A stretch of DNA of 64,000 bases from Bacteroidota bacterium. Lineage in GTDB: Bacteria; Bacteroidota; Ignavibacteria; UBA10030; UBA8401. Shown here piece after piece: positions 1 to 9,143 of the stretch. The stretch covers positions 11,831 to 75,830 of the forward strand of contig DATJPT010000017.1 of assembly GCA_035506275.1 (NCBI GenBank). Reading direction: 5' to 3'. The notes beneath the pieces are model-generated. The model was not told the origin of the DNA. It did no database searches and was given only the letters and a program-made list of their open reading frames with translations. The position numbers and the translations under genes are program-made. How positions within the stretch are numbered: position 1 is the first letter of the stretch; the number at the start of each line of letters is the position of its first letter.

Positions 1-756
1 AGCAGCGACATGTATTTTCTGACGCTGAAACCGCTTGAAAAAATCTTCACCATGGTCTACCTGGATACCCGCGGCTGCGGCCGCTCGGAGCGCCCCGATT
101 CAAACGCCTATGCGATGAAAAATTTTGTCGACGACCTCGAAGGGCTGAGAAAACACCTCGGGGTTGAAACGGTATGGCTCATGGGACACTCCGACGGAGG
201 TCCGATGATACTGAATTATACGTTCGAATACCCTCATCGCGTGGACGGATTGATCCTCGCAGACGCCCCGGTGGGGAACACGTCTCAGAGCAATGAACGG
301 ATCGAGCGGATGCAGCTGAGAAAGAACGAGCCCTGGTTCGACAGCGCCTTCAAGGCCTTCCGGACGATGCCGACGACTCAAAAAGAATTTGAGACGATGA
401 TTCAAACCATCCTCCCTTTCTTTTTCTCGTCGATCGAAAACCTGGAAAAGAACCGGTGGGTGTTCGAGAAAACAACTGTCTCGTTCGCCGCGCAGCGGGG
501 ACGGGGAATATCCGACCAGACATCAGCGGATTTGGACACATTTCTGCCGGCAACAAAAATACCGGCCTTCATTGTCGCAGGGAGTGATGACTTCATCTGC
601 TCTCCCGCCGCCGCGCAGCGCCTGCACGACGAGATCCCCGGCTCAGCGCTCCTGATCATCAACAAGGCCGGACACTTTCCATGGCTTGAACAGCCGGAAG
701 TTTTTTTTGGAGGAATACGCGCGTTCGTCTCTTCATTGAAAAAGGGGGGCGAATAA
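1..756 (+). CDS. alpha/beta hydrolase, proline iminopeptidase-like; 5' end truncated by the window edge (the frame is open from position 1)
   Basis: GHSDGG nucleophile-elbow motif (GxSxG); alpha/beta-hydrolase length and motif order; the track ORF starts at 10 but the frame continues upstream to position 1. Confidence 0.7.
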   Translation, partial: SSDMYFLTLKPLEKIFTMVYLDTRGCGRSERPDSNAYAMKNFVDDLEGLRKHLGVETVWLMGHSDGGPMILNYTFEYPHRVDGLILADAPVGNTSQSNERIERMQLRKNEPWFDSAFKAFRTMPTTQKEFETMIQTILPFFFSSIENLEKNRWVFEKTTVSFAAQRGRGISDQTSADLDTFLPATKIPAFIVAGSDDFICSPAAAQRLHDEIPGSALLIINKAGHFPWLEQPEVFFGGIRAFVSSLKKGGE

Positions 757-918
757 TATCATCGATGGTCCTCCCCCGACCGGGAAATATTATGTGAGGT
801 ACGAAGCTCATCACACGGGCATTTTTTCACTTTGGCCGTCGTTGGAAATCGATTCAATGCCAGCACTTGGACTTGAACCGGGGGGCTCCAACGCCGGCAC
901 AGCATACTGAATAGACCG

Positions 919-2352
919 ATGAAAAAGATTTGTCTTCTCATTCTCTTCATATCCATCCTGCCCGGGCGGACGATCGCCGGCGACCTCAAGGATACGACGA
1001 ACCGGGCCGACTACATTCTTATCGCTCCTGCCTCCTCCTGCGCGGCCGCAGAAACGCTGGCTGCCTTCCGCCGCGCTAAGAACGGTCTGGCCACGATGGT
1101 CGTGGAATTGGACACGATCTATGCGCAATTCGGCGGCGGAACAACTCCTGATACCGCACTGAAAAGTTTCGTGCAGTATTCGCTCTCGAACTGGAGCGAC
1201 CCCAAGCCGCAATTCTTTGTTCTTGCGGGGAACACTGACGCGATTCCATCCCATCCGGAGCCCGAGACACTTATCAATGCCGGGGCCACAGTGTTCGACT
1301 CCACCTTGATGATCGATCAATGGTTCATTGAGCAGATGGACAGCACAGGGCTTCCGCACACCCGCGGATGCATCGCCCGCTTTCCGGCGTGGGATTCATC
1401 GGCGCTTTCGACCATGATCGCAAAAACGATCGAGTACGAGGACGACACCGCGACGGCATGGACGAAAAGAGTAATTTCTTTGGCAGATTTCGACTCTCTC
1501 GACGGCGGTTTTATTTTTGAGAGTGATGCGGCACAGCTTCGCTCTCGTTTCTGCACGGTGTGGAGCGACACGATCCCGGTCGATATCAGAGCATCCTCGC
1601 CGAACCACATCGACACAATGAGTTTCCTGAAACTCTGGGATGCGGGGGCTGCGATCGTATCGTATTGCGGCCATGCGAATCAGGTCGTCCTCTCGGCCAC
1701 AGATTATTTCACGACCGCGGACGTCGATTCTCTCACCAACGGCAACCGGCTCCCCGTCTGTCTGTTTGGAGGATGCGACCTGACATACGACACGCGCCCG
1801 CCGATCTCGATTCCGACACACCTTCTTCAAAAAAGCAATGGCGGGGCCGTGGCAGTCATCTCCTCGGAGGGATTGAATTATGAGTGGCAAACCTATATGT
1901 TTTATGCCGCGATGGTCGATTCATTGATTGCAAAGAGGGAGCAGCCGATCGGCCCGGTTTTCGAGGAGGCAAAGCCAGATGCATACTGGTATGAGATGAC
2001 AAAAAGATTTACGCTCCTTGGCGACCCCGCATTGGTCATCAAGCATCCCTCGGCAGCGACGGCTGTCCCAGTACGGCATGCGCAGCCCTCGAGTTTCGTC
2101 TTGGCGCAGAACTACCCCAACCCGTTCAATCCTTCAACAGTGATCAGTTACCAGCTGTCTGTGAACGGACGCGTAACGCTGATGGTGTATGATCTTCTCG
2201 GCAGGGAGGTAGCGAAACTGGTCGACGAAGAGAAGCGCCCCGGCTCGTATCGGGTGGTCTTTGACGGCTCGAGGTTGGCAAGCGGCGTTTATTTTTATCG
2301 CCTGACAGCTTCGGGCTTCACCGAGACAAAGAAGCTGATGCTCCTCAAATGA
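919..2352 (+). CDS. peptidase C25 (gingipain-like) family protein with a T9SS C-terminal sorting domain
   Basis: Signal peptide; N-terminal YILIAP...LAAFRRAKNGLATMVVELDTIYAQFGGG block typical of the C25 family; C-terminus NYPNPFNPSTVISYQL...YFYRL...KKLMLLK, a type-A T9SS CTD. Confidence 0.7.
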   Translation: MKKICLLILFISILPGRTIAGDLKDTTNRADYILIAPASSCAAAETLAAFRRAKNGLATMVVELDTIYAQFGGGTTPDTALKSFVQYSLSNWSDPKPQFFVLAGNTDAIPSHPEPETLINAGATVFDSTLMIDQWFIEQMDSTGLPHTRGCIARFPAWDSSALSTMIAKTIEYEDDTATAWTKRVISLADFDSLDGGFIFESDAAQLRSRFCTVWSDTIPVDIRASSPNHIDTMSFLKLWDAGAAIVSYCGHANQVVLSATDYFTTADVDSLTNGNRLPVCLFGGCDLTYDTRPPISIPTHLLQKSNGGAVAVISSEGLNYEWQTYMFYAAMVDSLIAKREQPIGPVFEEAKPDAYWYEMTKRFTLLGDPALVIKHPSAATAVPVRHAQPSSFVLAQNYPNPFNPSTVISYQLSVNGRVTLMVYDLLGREVAKLVDEEKRPGSYRVVFDGSRLASGVYFYRLTASGFTETKKLMLLK

Positions 2353-2399
2353 CCCGATGAACGGAACATTTTCGACAGCGGGAACGCTGCCGCATCCGC

Positions 2400-3599
2400 T
2401 CACGCCGTCCTGTTCAGTTTCCGGTAAATGCTGAAATAGACGAGCGCTGCGTTTGCCAGCATCAGAGCGCTCGTCGTGAAAAAGACGTACCGCATCCCGA
2501 AGATCGATGCGATCTCCCCTCCCATTGACGCCCCCGCGAACGCACCTAAGTACGCAGCCGACATGCTGAACCCGAAGACTCTTCCCGCAAGTTCGTCGGG
2601 AGTGAGGCGCTTAATGAGCGTATTGACCGACGGGTTCAAACCGGCCGTGGCAAGTCCGAGCAGGAACCGGAGAGCGAGGAGCTGCCACGGGTCGCTGACG
2701 AACGCCTGCGGAATAAAAATGATTCCCGCCGCAACGAGGGCGACGAGCATCACCTTCTGAGGACCGATTTTGTCGGAGATTTTTCCGAGACGCGGCGCCG
2801 CCAGGATATTCGCCAGCCCCGACGCGGAGAAGACGAGCCCCGATACCAGGGCAACATGCTGGGCATCGGCGGAGAGCTGGCTGACGTAGATCGTCACGAT
2901 CGGTTCGATGGAATAGAGTCCGAGCATCAGCATGAAATAGGTGGCAAAGACCGTGACCGTCAGCCTCTTGTGCGGAATGCTCTGCCACACCTGCGTTGCC
3001 CCCGGGGTCTTTTCGCTCGGGCGGACGAAGGTTTCCTTCACAAAAAAGAGGGTGGTAAGAAATGCGACCATCAGCAGTCCCCCCGTGATGAAGAAGATAT
3101 ACGGCAGACCGAGGCTCTCGGCGATGTATCCGCCGATCATCGGACCGAGGAGCGAACCGACGATGCTGGAAGTGGAGAGCGTCCCCAGCGCCCAGCCAGC
3201 GTGCTCTTTGTCCGTCTGCGTTGCGATGAGCGTAATGCAGGCGGTGGTGTAGCCGGTGATCGCTCCTTGCAGGAACCGGAGCTCAATGAGCTGGTAGACG
3301 TCCCTCACGAAGCCCATGCAGAAGAGGACGATCGCCATGCCGAGACTCGCGCGGAGGAGCATCGGCTTGCGTCCTACCCTGTCGGCGGCGTATCCCCAAA
3401 CCGGGGAAAAAACCGCCGAGACAATGAACGTGATTCCGAACGCGATCCCGGAATATTGTTCGATCAGGTCGGTTCTCCCGACGCCAAGTTGTCTGATGTA
3501 GAGAGGCAGAACGGGAGCGAGCTGGCTCATGCCGACGCTGGTGACGAACATCCCAAACCAGCAGACGATCAGATTTCTTCTCCACATCGGCATGGACAT
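2400..3599 (-). CDS. MFS transporter (multidrug-efflux type), probably 12 TM
   Basis: Hydrophobic helices with MFS-like GxxxDRxGRK loop (ADRVGRKPM); start chosen at internal ATG 3599 (MSMPMW...) because the upstream extension is non-membrane and atypical. Confidence 0.75.
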   Translation of the reverse strand: MSMPMWRRNLIVCWFGMFVTSVGMSQLAPVLPLYIRQLGVGRTDLIEQYSGIAFGITFIVSAVFSPVWGYAADRVGRKPMLLRASLGMAIVLFCMGFVRDVYQLIELRFLQGAITGYTTACITLIATQTDKEHAGWALGTLSTSSIVGSLLGPMIGGYIAESLGLPYIFFITGGLLMVAFLTTLFFVKETFVRPSEKTPGATQVWQSIPHKRLTVTVFATYFMLMLGLYSIEPIVTIYVSQLSADAQHVALVSGLVFSASGLANILAAPRLGKISDKIGPQKVMLVALVAAGIIFIPQAFVSDPWQLLALRFLLGLATAGLNPSVNTLIKRLTPDELAGRVFGFSMSAAYLGAFAGASMGGEIASIFGMRYVFFTTSALMLANAALVYFSIYRKLNRTA

Positions 3600-4011
3600 C
3601 AGGCCGTGGTTCCGGAAAACCGGAGGGAAATATCGGAGGGTATTGTACGCATTTATATTTATGGTATAACAAAAGTGTGGTTTTGTCAAACGCGAGAACA
3701 AAATTAGAACCGATTAAGGCTGCGCAAGGGTCGGTGCACCGTAAATGGCGAGTTTTTTGTTTGCGTTTGAGCCATAGAAAACGTAGCTTTCTTTTGCTGT
3801 AGGAAGCGTTCCATTCTGATTTTTCCCCGACGGACACAACTTCTGTGTCTCAAAATTAACCGAAACACCCTGGCAGAGGCGACGGGCGATTGCGTTTACG
3901 GACCCCGGCCGGTGCTGGCCTATTCGTTCGCGAGAGCGGGCAGCAGGCGCAGTCTCCGGCTTTCCGAAGGAACGTCATTGTTCTGCCGCTGCAACAAGCA
4001 ACCGGAAGACC

Positions 4012-4488
4012 ATGATGATCAACCGCAGCAAATTCGACCGGCATTTCGAAGCGCGTTACGCAGTCATAGCCTTCAGCCTCGCTTTACCGGCACTTCTTGT
4101 TATCTCCTGCTCTGCTTCTCCCCAGAGATCGAGCGAACCGCTGAGAATCGAGCTCTACTCGGGCGGCGGTTTCGTAGGACTCTACTCGGGCATTGAGATC
4201 ACTGACGATGGCTGGGCCCGCCGGTGGAAGCGTATCGGAATGGGTGAACGGGAGTATTCGGACAGCACGACCCTTTCGATCGAGACGCTCCGCTCCCTTG
4301 ACTCGCTTCTCACGAGCCGGGAATTGTTCGAGACCAAGTACGAACGGACGGGAAATATTTCCACGATTCTGGATGTTGAGAAGGGACCGAAGTCGTTGCA
4401 CGTTTCGTTTGCGGGAAAAGAAGTTCCCGCAGAATTACCTTCAAGCCTGAAAACACTCATACAAACTGTCAAGACTTCCATCAAATAA
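4012..4488 (+). CDS. hypothetical lipoprotein (lipobox LVISCSAS), function unknown, immediately upstream of the M4 protease
   Basis: Signal peptide plus lipobox cysteine; 12-18 bp upstream of the protease gene on the same strand. Confidence 0.45.
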   Translation: MMINRSKFDRHFEARYAVIAFSLALPALLVISCSASPQRSSEPLRIELYSGGGFVGLYSGIEITDDGWARRWKRIGMGEREYSDSTTLSIETLRSLDSLLTSRELFETKYERTGNISTILDVEKGPKSLHVSFAGKEVPAELPSSLKTLIQTVKTSIK

Positions 4489-4505
4489 TAGGAAAGGGTT
4501 TGACG

Positions 4506-7500
4506 ATGAAAACCCCCATTACCGGTGTTATCGGAGGTTTGGTATTCCTGATAGGGGTACACAGCGCGGACGGGCAGCAACTCGTAAAACAGTTAAAGAC
4601 CGCCGTCCCGGCACGCGAGTCAATAGGGAGTGCGCAAAGGGCATCCGTTGATGCACAAACACCGGCTGCCAAACTTAAAGCACTCCTGGGCAAGAAAGCT
4701 CTGCCGGCAATTTCACCCCGCGTCCAAAACACTGCGAAGAACTCGGCCCCGGCCGCGAATCGAATCGGCCTGACGGCGCCGAGCGCCGTCGTTGCCGCAA
4801 AGGATGAGGGAATAAGGATGATCGTCGATAAGGAATCGGGGACTCCTCTCTATCTAAAGGAAACAACCCTTCCCCGTTCGGCGACAACTTCAGTCTCATC
4901 GGCAGGAAGCGCAACCGGAGAGGCGTACCGGTTCATCAACGACAAGAAAGCCTTGCTTCAGATCGATTCTCCGAGCGCGGAATTCGAAGTCTCAAACGTC
5001 ATGCAGGATGAGCTGGGCATGACACACGTAAAAATGAAACAGACAAGCCATGGGATAGATGTCTGGGGAAAAGAAATGATCGTCCACATCGGCAGGGAGG
5101 GAACCGCCGCTTCGCTCACCGGACGCATCGCGCCAACCAGAAGCGCGGCTGTGCAGGTGAATCCGAGCATAACGAAAGAAGCGGCCGTGAATACGGTGCT
5201 CGCGGACATGCGGCGGAACCGTCCCATAAGAACGTTGCCGAATCGAATGCAATCATTGCTCGGCTATGCGGGACCTGCAGCGAAGGAGGTGATCTGGTTT
5301 GACAAGGACCAGACCGCTCACCTGACCTGGCACGTGGAGGCGCGCAACGGTATGACCGAAGACTGGTATTACTTTGTGGATGCAACCAATGGGAAAATCC
5401 TCGACCGGTACAATAACGTTTGCTCTGACGGCCCGACGACTGCCAACGGGACAGACCTGAACGGCGTCACACGGTCGTTTGGAACTGTTCTTACAAACAG
5501 CGTTTATTACATGATCGATGCATCGGAGCCGATGTTCGTCAGTGCACAGACCCATTTTCCCGACTCAGTTGCAGGGGCCCTGCAGTGCTTCGACCTGCAG
5601 AATCATGATGTCGGCATGCCGCTCTATTATGTGGCCTCTCTCAATAATGCATGGAACGATCCTGCGACCGTGTCGGCGCACTTCAATGGGATCACGACAT
5701 ACAATTTCTACAGGACAACGTTCGGCCGGAACTCGATCGACGACGCGGGAATGTCGATCTATTCGATCGTCCACGTTACCGAGGACAGCACGGCGCTCGA
5801 CAATGCCTTCTGGAACGGGCTTTTCATGTGCTACGGCGACGGGGCGACTTACTTCAAGCCACTCGCCGGCGGACTTGACGTTGCGGCACATGAGATGACG
5901 CACGGGGTCACGCAGCATACCGCGAACCTTTTGTATCAAGGACAATCGGGGGCGCTGAACGAATCGATGTCGGACGTGTTTGCTACACTGGTGGACACGT
6001 TGAATTGGACCATCGGAGAACAGATCATCAAGGATCTGAGCACATTCCCTTCCGGCGCACTGAGGGATCTCTCCAATCCGCACAACGGAGGTTCGGAGGG
6101 ATCGGCCGCCTGGCAGCCTGCGATCATGAGCGAATTCGGGAACACCGACGAGGACAATGGAGGCGTTCACCTGAACAGCGGGATCCCGAATCACGCCTTT
6201 TACCTGGTCGCCTCGTCGATCGGGAGGCACGAGGCCGGACAAATATGGTACAGGGCGTTGACGGTCTATCTGACCCGCAGCGCGCAATTTCTCGATGCGC
6301 GCATCGCCACGGCAGAAGCGGCCTCCGATCTTTTTGGAACCGGGAGCAACGAAGTGACCGTCGTGAAAAATTCATGGGATGCCGTCGGGGTCCTTGAAGG
6401 AACCCCCCCGTCCGGACCGCCGGCAACGCACCTTCAGGGGCAGGATTGGATCATCGCCGTGAACACCGACCCGGGGGATCCGAACTCGATCTATGTCGCC
6501 AAGCCCCTCCCCGGCGCATCGGGAGGTTTATCGCCGCTCACGACCACGTTGGTGCTCAACCGGCCGGCGGTGACCGATACATCGGGGCTCATCGTCTTCG
6601 TCGACTCCGATAACGACCTCCGCGCCATCACCTCCAACCCGAGTTCGCCGCAGGAAACGCTGGTCGACACCCAGCATGTCTGGTGGAGCGTAGCGATCGG
6701 CCCCGGGTCGAGCAGCCTCGCGCTGACCACCAAGTTCGTCGATACCTCGATCTATTATTTTGACCTTACCAATTCCGCCAACGACAAAAAGTTCACGATC
6801 ACTACGCCGTCGTACGACGGCACAAATACGAACACTGCCCTCTACGCCGACGCGATGTCGTTTGATCCGTCGGGGAGGTATCTGTTGTACGACGTGTTCA
6901 ACCAGGTGACGAATCAAACCGGCGCACAAATTGGATACTGGACCATCAATGTGCTGGATGTTGAATCGGGAACGATCCAGAGCATCTTCCCGCCGCTGCC
7001 GGAGGGGGTGAGCGTCGGCAATCCATCGTATTCAAAGGCTTCGCCGAACAGGTTCCTCTTCGACTATGTCGATTCCAAAGCGAACCGGTATGCGGTCATG
7101 GCGGCGGATTTCAACACCGGCGATGTGGGGATCGTCGCCGATTCGAACGGCGCCATAGGGTACCCCACATATTCGGGGGACGATAAGACGGTGGCCTACC
7201 ACACTCTCACGAATTTCGAATCCGCCGAGCATGATGCAATCCAGCTAATGCCGATGCAGGGCGACTACCTCAACGGGACACACAACCCTGAATCGTATGT
7301 GGTGGACGCCACATTTCCCGTCTGGTTTGTCGTGGGGAGCAGGGTCACCGCGGTGGAAGAACCTCCTGTCCTGATCAGAGACTTTGTATTGGAAAACAAC
7401 TTTCCGAACCCATTCAACCCAAGCACGACCATTCGTTTTGTTCTTCCTGAGCGGAGCCGCGTTCGGCTGTCAGTCTTCAACGCTCTTGGACAACAGGTTG

Positions 7501-7640
7501 CCGGATTGGTAAATGAGGAAATGAATGCCGGAACGTACGAGAGGACATGGAACGGATCGAACTGTTCAAGCGGAATCTATTTTTATCGCCTTGAAGCCGG
7601 AACCTTCGTACAGACAAAAAAACTCATCCTCCTGAAGTAG
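4506..7640 (+). CDS. thermolysin-like M4 zinc metalloprotease with propeptide, large C-terminal beta-rich region and a T9SS C-terminal domain
   Basis: HEMTHGVT (HExxH) and downstream GALNESMSDVF (ExxxD) zinc-ligand motifs of MEROPS family M4; N-terminal signal peptide; C-terminus NFPNPFNPSTTIRFVLP...YFYRLEAGTFVQTKKLILLK. The track start at 4500 is TTG; the ATG at 4506 has a GGAAAGGG RBS. Confidence 0.85.
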   Translation: MKTPITGVIGGLVFLIGVHSADGQQLVKQLKTAVPARESIGSAQRASVDAQTPAAKLKALLGKKALPAISPRVQNTAKNSAPAANRIGLTAPSAVVAAKDEGIRMIVDKESGTPLYLKETTLPRSATTSVSSAGSATGEAYRFINDKKALLQIDSPSAEFEVSNVMQDELGMTHVKMKQTSHGIDVWGKEMIVHIGREGTAASLTGRIAPTRSAAVQVNPSITKEAAVNTVLADMRRNRPIRTLPNRMQSLLGYAGPAAKEVIWFDKDQTAHLTWHVEARNGMTEDWYYFVDATNGKILDRYNNVCSDGPTTANGTDLNGVTRSFGTVLTNSVYYMIDASEPMFVSAQTHFPDSVAGALQCFDLQNHDVGMPLYYVASLNNAWNDPATVSAHFNGITTYNFYRTTFGRNSIDDAGMSIYSIVHVTEDSTALDNAFWNGLFMCYGDGATYFKPLAGGLDVAAHEMTHGVTQHTANLLYQGQSGALNESMSDVFATLVDTLNWTIGEQIIKDLSTFPSGALRDLSNPHNGGSEGSAAWQPAIMSEFGNTDEDNGGVHLNSGIPNHAFYLVASSIGRHEAGQIWYRALTVYLTRSAQFLDARIATAEAASDLFGTGSNEVTVVKNSWDAVGVLEGTPPSGPPATHLQGQDWIIAVNTDPGDPNSIYVAKPLPGASGGLSPLTTTLVLNRPAVTDTSGLIVFVDSDNDLRAITSNPSSPQETLVDTQHVWWSVAIGPGSSSLALTTKFVDTSIYYFDLTNSANDKKFTITTPSYDGTNTNTALYADAMSFDPSGRYLLYDVFNQVTNQTGAQIGYWTINVLDVESGTIQSIFPPLPEGVSVGNPSYSKASPNRFLFDYVDSKANRYAVMAADFNTGDVGIVADSNGAIGYPTYSGDDKTVAYHTLTNFESAEHDAIQLMPMQGDYLNGTHNPESYVVDATFPVWFVVGSRVTAVEEPPVLIRDFVLENNFPNPFNPSTTIRFVLPERSRVRLSVFNALGQQVAGLVNEEMNAGTYERTWNGSNCSSGIYFYRLEAGTFVQTKKLILLK

Positions 7641-7661
7641 ACGACATTCTAGTTTTTTCTC

Positions 7662-7692
7662 AAGCCCAGCCAGCAATGTCTGGGCTTTTTTA
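7662..7692 (+). terminator. rho-independent terminator after the M4 protease gene
   Basis: Hairpin agcccag-(loop)-ctgggct followed by a T-run (tgggctttttta). Confidence 0.5.
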
Positions 7693-7971
7693 TGCTCCTC
7701 TTATCTTCAATCGTTCAATCTGCATTTTTTGGCCCCGCGCGTCAATGCGTCAAAGGAACTTCATTCTTGATTTTGCAGTTATTGGAGCAGAACGCTGTTT
7801 CCTTTTCTTAAACTCTGTTGCCATAATTCCATCGCTTTTCATTCACTCCATTGACAATTCCCCTTTCGGTTTGTAAATTTTATTGTAGCCTGGAAAATTA
7901 AAGATTCTGCAGGACGAAATTTCTTTTCTGCATCGTAGCCTTCGGGAGAAGCTTAAGCGCAGCAGTCCATT

Positions 7972-9081
7972 ATGACCAAAATTCTCGTCATCGACGACGA
8001 AGATTCCCTCCGGGAAACGACCATCGCAATACTTCGCGCCAGCGGCTTTGATGCGCTCGGCGCAAAGAACGGCGCCGACGGCATTGAGATCGCGCGGACA
8101 TCCCTTCCCGACCTGATCATTTGCGACATTCGTATGGAGCTGGTGAACGGGTACCAGATGCTGACCGCCATCAGGAACGATTCGGTGACGGCGACGATCC
8201 CGTTCATCCTCATGACGAGCAACCCGGACCGCGGCGGCATGCGGCAGGGTATGGAGCTGGGAGCGGACGATTATTTGCCCAAGCCGTTTTCCCCAGCCGA
8301 GCTCGTCTCCACAGTCGCCGCGCGATTGAAAAAGCACCGGCTGATAGCCGAGCGGGCCGAAAGAAAACTCGACGAGCTCCGGTCGAGGATGAGCACCGCT
8401 ATCCCGCACGAACTCCGCACGCCCCTCAACGGCATCCTCGGATTTGCCGACATCATGCGCAAGGACTACAACAACCTGCAGCCGCAAGAGATCGCAAAGA
8501 TGTCCGAGCGGATCTACAGAAACGGCAGGCGCCTTCTTCGGCTCGTCGAAAATTATCTGATCTACGCGCAGATCGGTACGCAGCAGACCGACAAGCGTCA
8601 GCAGGAACTCCTCCTCCACAGCAGCACCGACGTCGCGAACATCATCGAGGAGCTTGCCCGGGAAAAGGCCCTCGAAAGCAACCGTGTCGACGACCTCGAC
8701 CTGCACCTTGTCCCCGGCTCGGTGGCGATTTCGTCCCAGTACTTCGCAAAGATCGTCGAAGAGATCGGCGACAACGCCTTCCGGTACTCGACGAAAGGAA
8801 CGCCGGTATACTTCGGCACCGTCACCGAGGGAAATTCGTTAATGATGGTGGTCATCGACCGCGGGCGCGGGATGACCGGCGAGCAGATCGAGAACATCGG
8901 CGCTTACGTGCAGTTCAACCGAAAGCAGTATGAACAGCAGGGCTCCGGGCTCGGCCTGACCGTCGCGAAACAGCTGATCGAGATGCATGGGGGAAGCCTC
9001 AGCATTCAGAGCGATTTTGGACACGGGACCACCGTAACCATCCGCCTCCCTCTTTCGGCATCCCAGAAACCCCGCGCCTGA
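7972..9081 (+). CDS. soluble receiver-histidine kinase fusion (REC - HisKA - HATPase_c)
   Basis: N-terminal CheY-like receiver (ILVIDDEDSLRE...DLIICDIRM); HELRTPLNGILGFADIM phospho-acceptor H-box; C-terminal GSGLGLTVAKQLIEMHGGSLSIQSDFGHGTTVTIRLP G2-box; no transmembrane segments. Confidence 0.8.
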   Translation: MTKILVIDDEDSLRETTIAILRASGFDALGAKNGADGIEIARTSLPDLIICDIRMELVNGYQMLTAIRNDSVTATIPFILMTSNPDRGGMRQGMELGADDYLPKPFSPAELVSTVAARLKKHRLIAERAERKLDELRSRMSTAIPHELRTPLNGILGFADIMRKDYNNLQPQEIAKMSERIYRNGRRLLRLVENYLIYAQIGTQQTDKRQQELLLHSSTDVANIIEELAREKALESNRVDDLDLHLVPGSVAISSQYFAKIVEEIGDNAFRYSTKGTPVYFGTVTEGNSLMMVVIDRGRGMTGEQIENIGAYVQFNRKQYEQQGSGLGLTVAKQLIEMHGGSLSIQSDFGHGTTVTIRLPLSASQKPRA

Positions 9082-9143
9082 ACGAGGCTCAGAAATTCCA
9101 TCCCCGTCTTGCCCTTCGCCTCCCCATTACTTACTTTTATTCG

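Noticed and set aside
2856-3707. 283 aa ORF antisense to the MFS transporter; also 5565..6287, 7843..8706, 8121..8933, 51624..52532
   Set aside because: All lie antisense to, or in alternate frames within, confidently identified genes and have biased R/D/G/P composition.
7676-7876. 66 aa ORF in the protease/histidine-kinase intergenic region
   Set aside because: No RBS or motif; hydrophobic low-complexity translation of an AT-richer promoter region.
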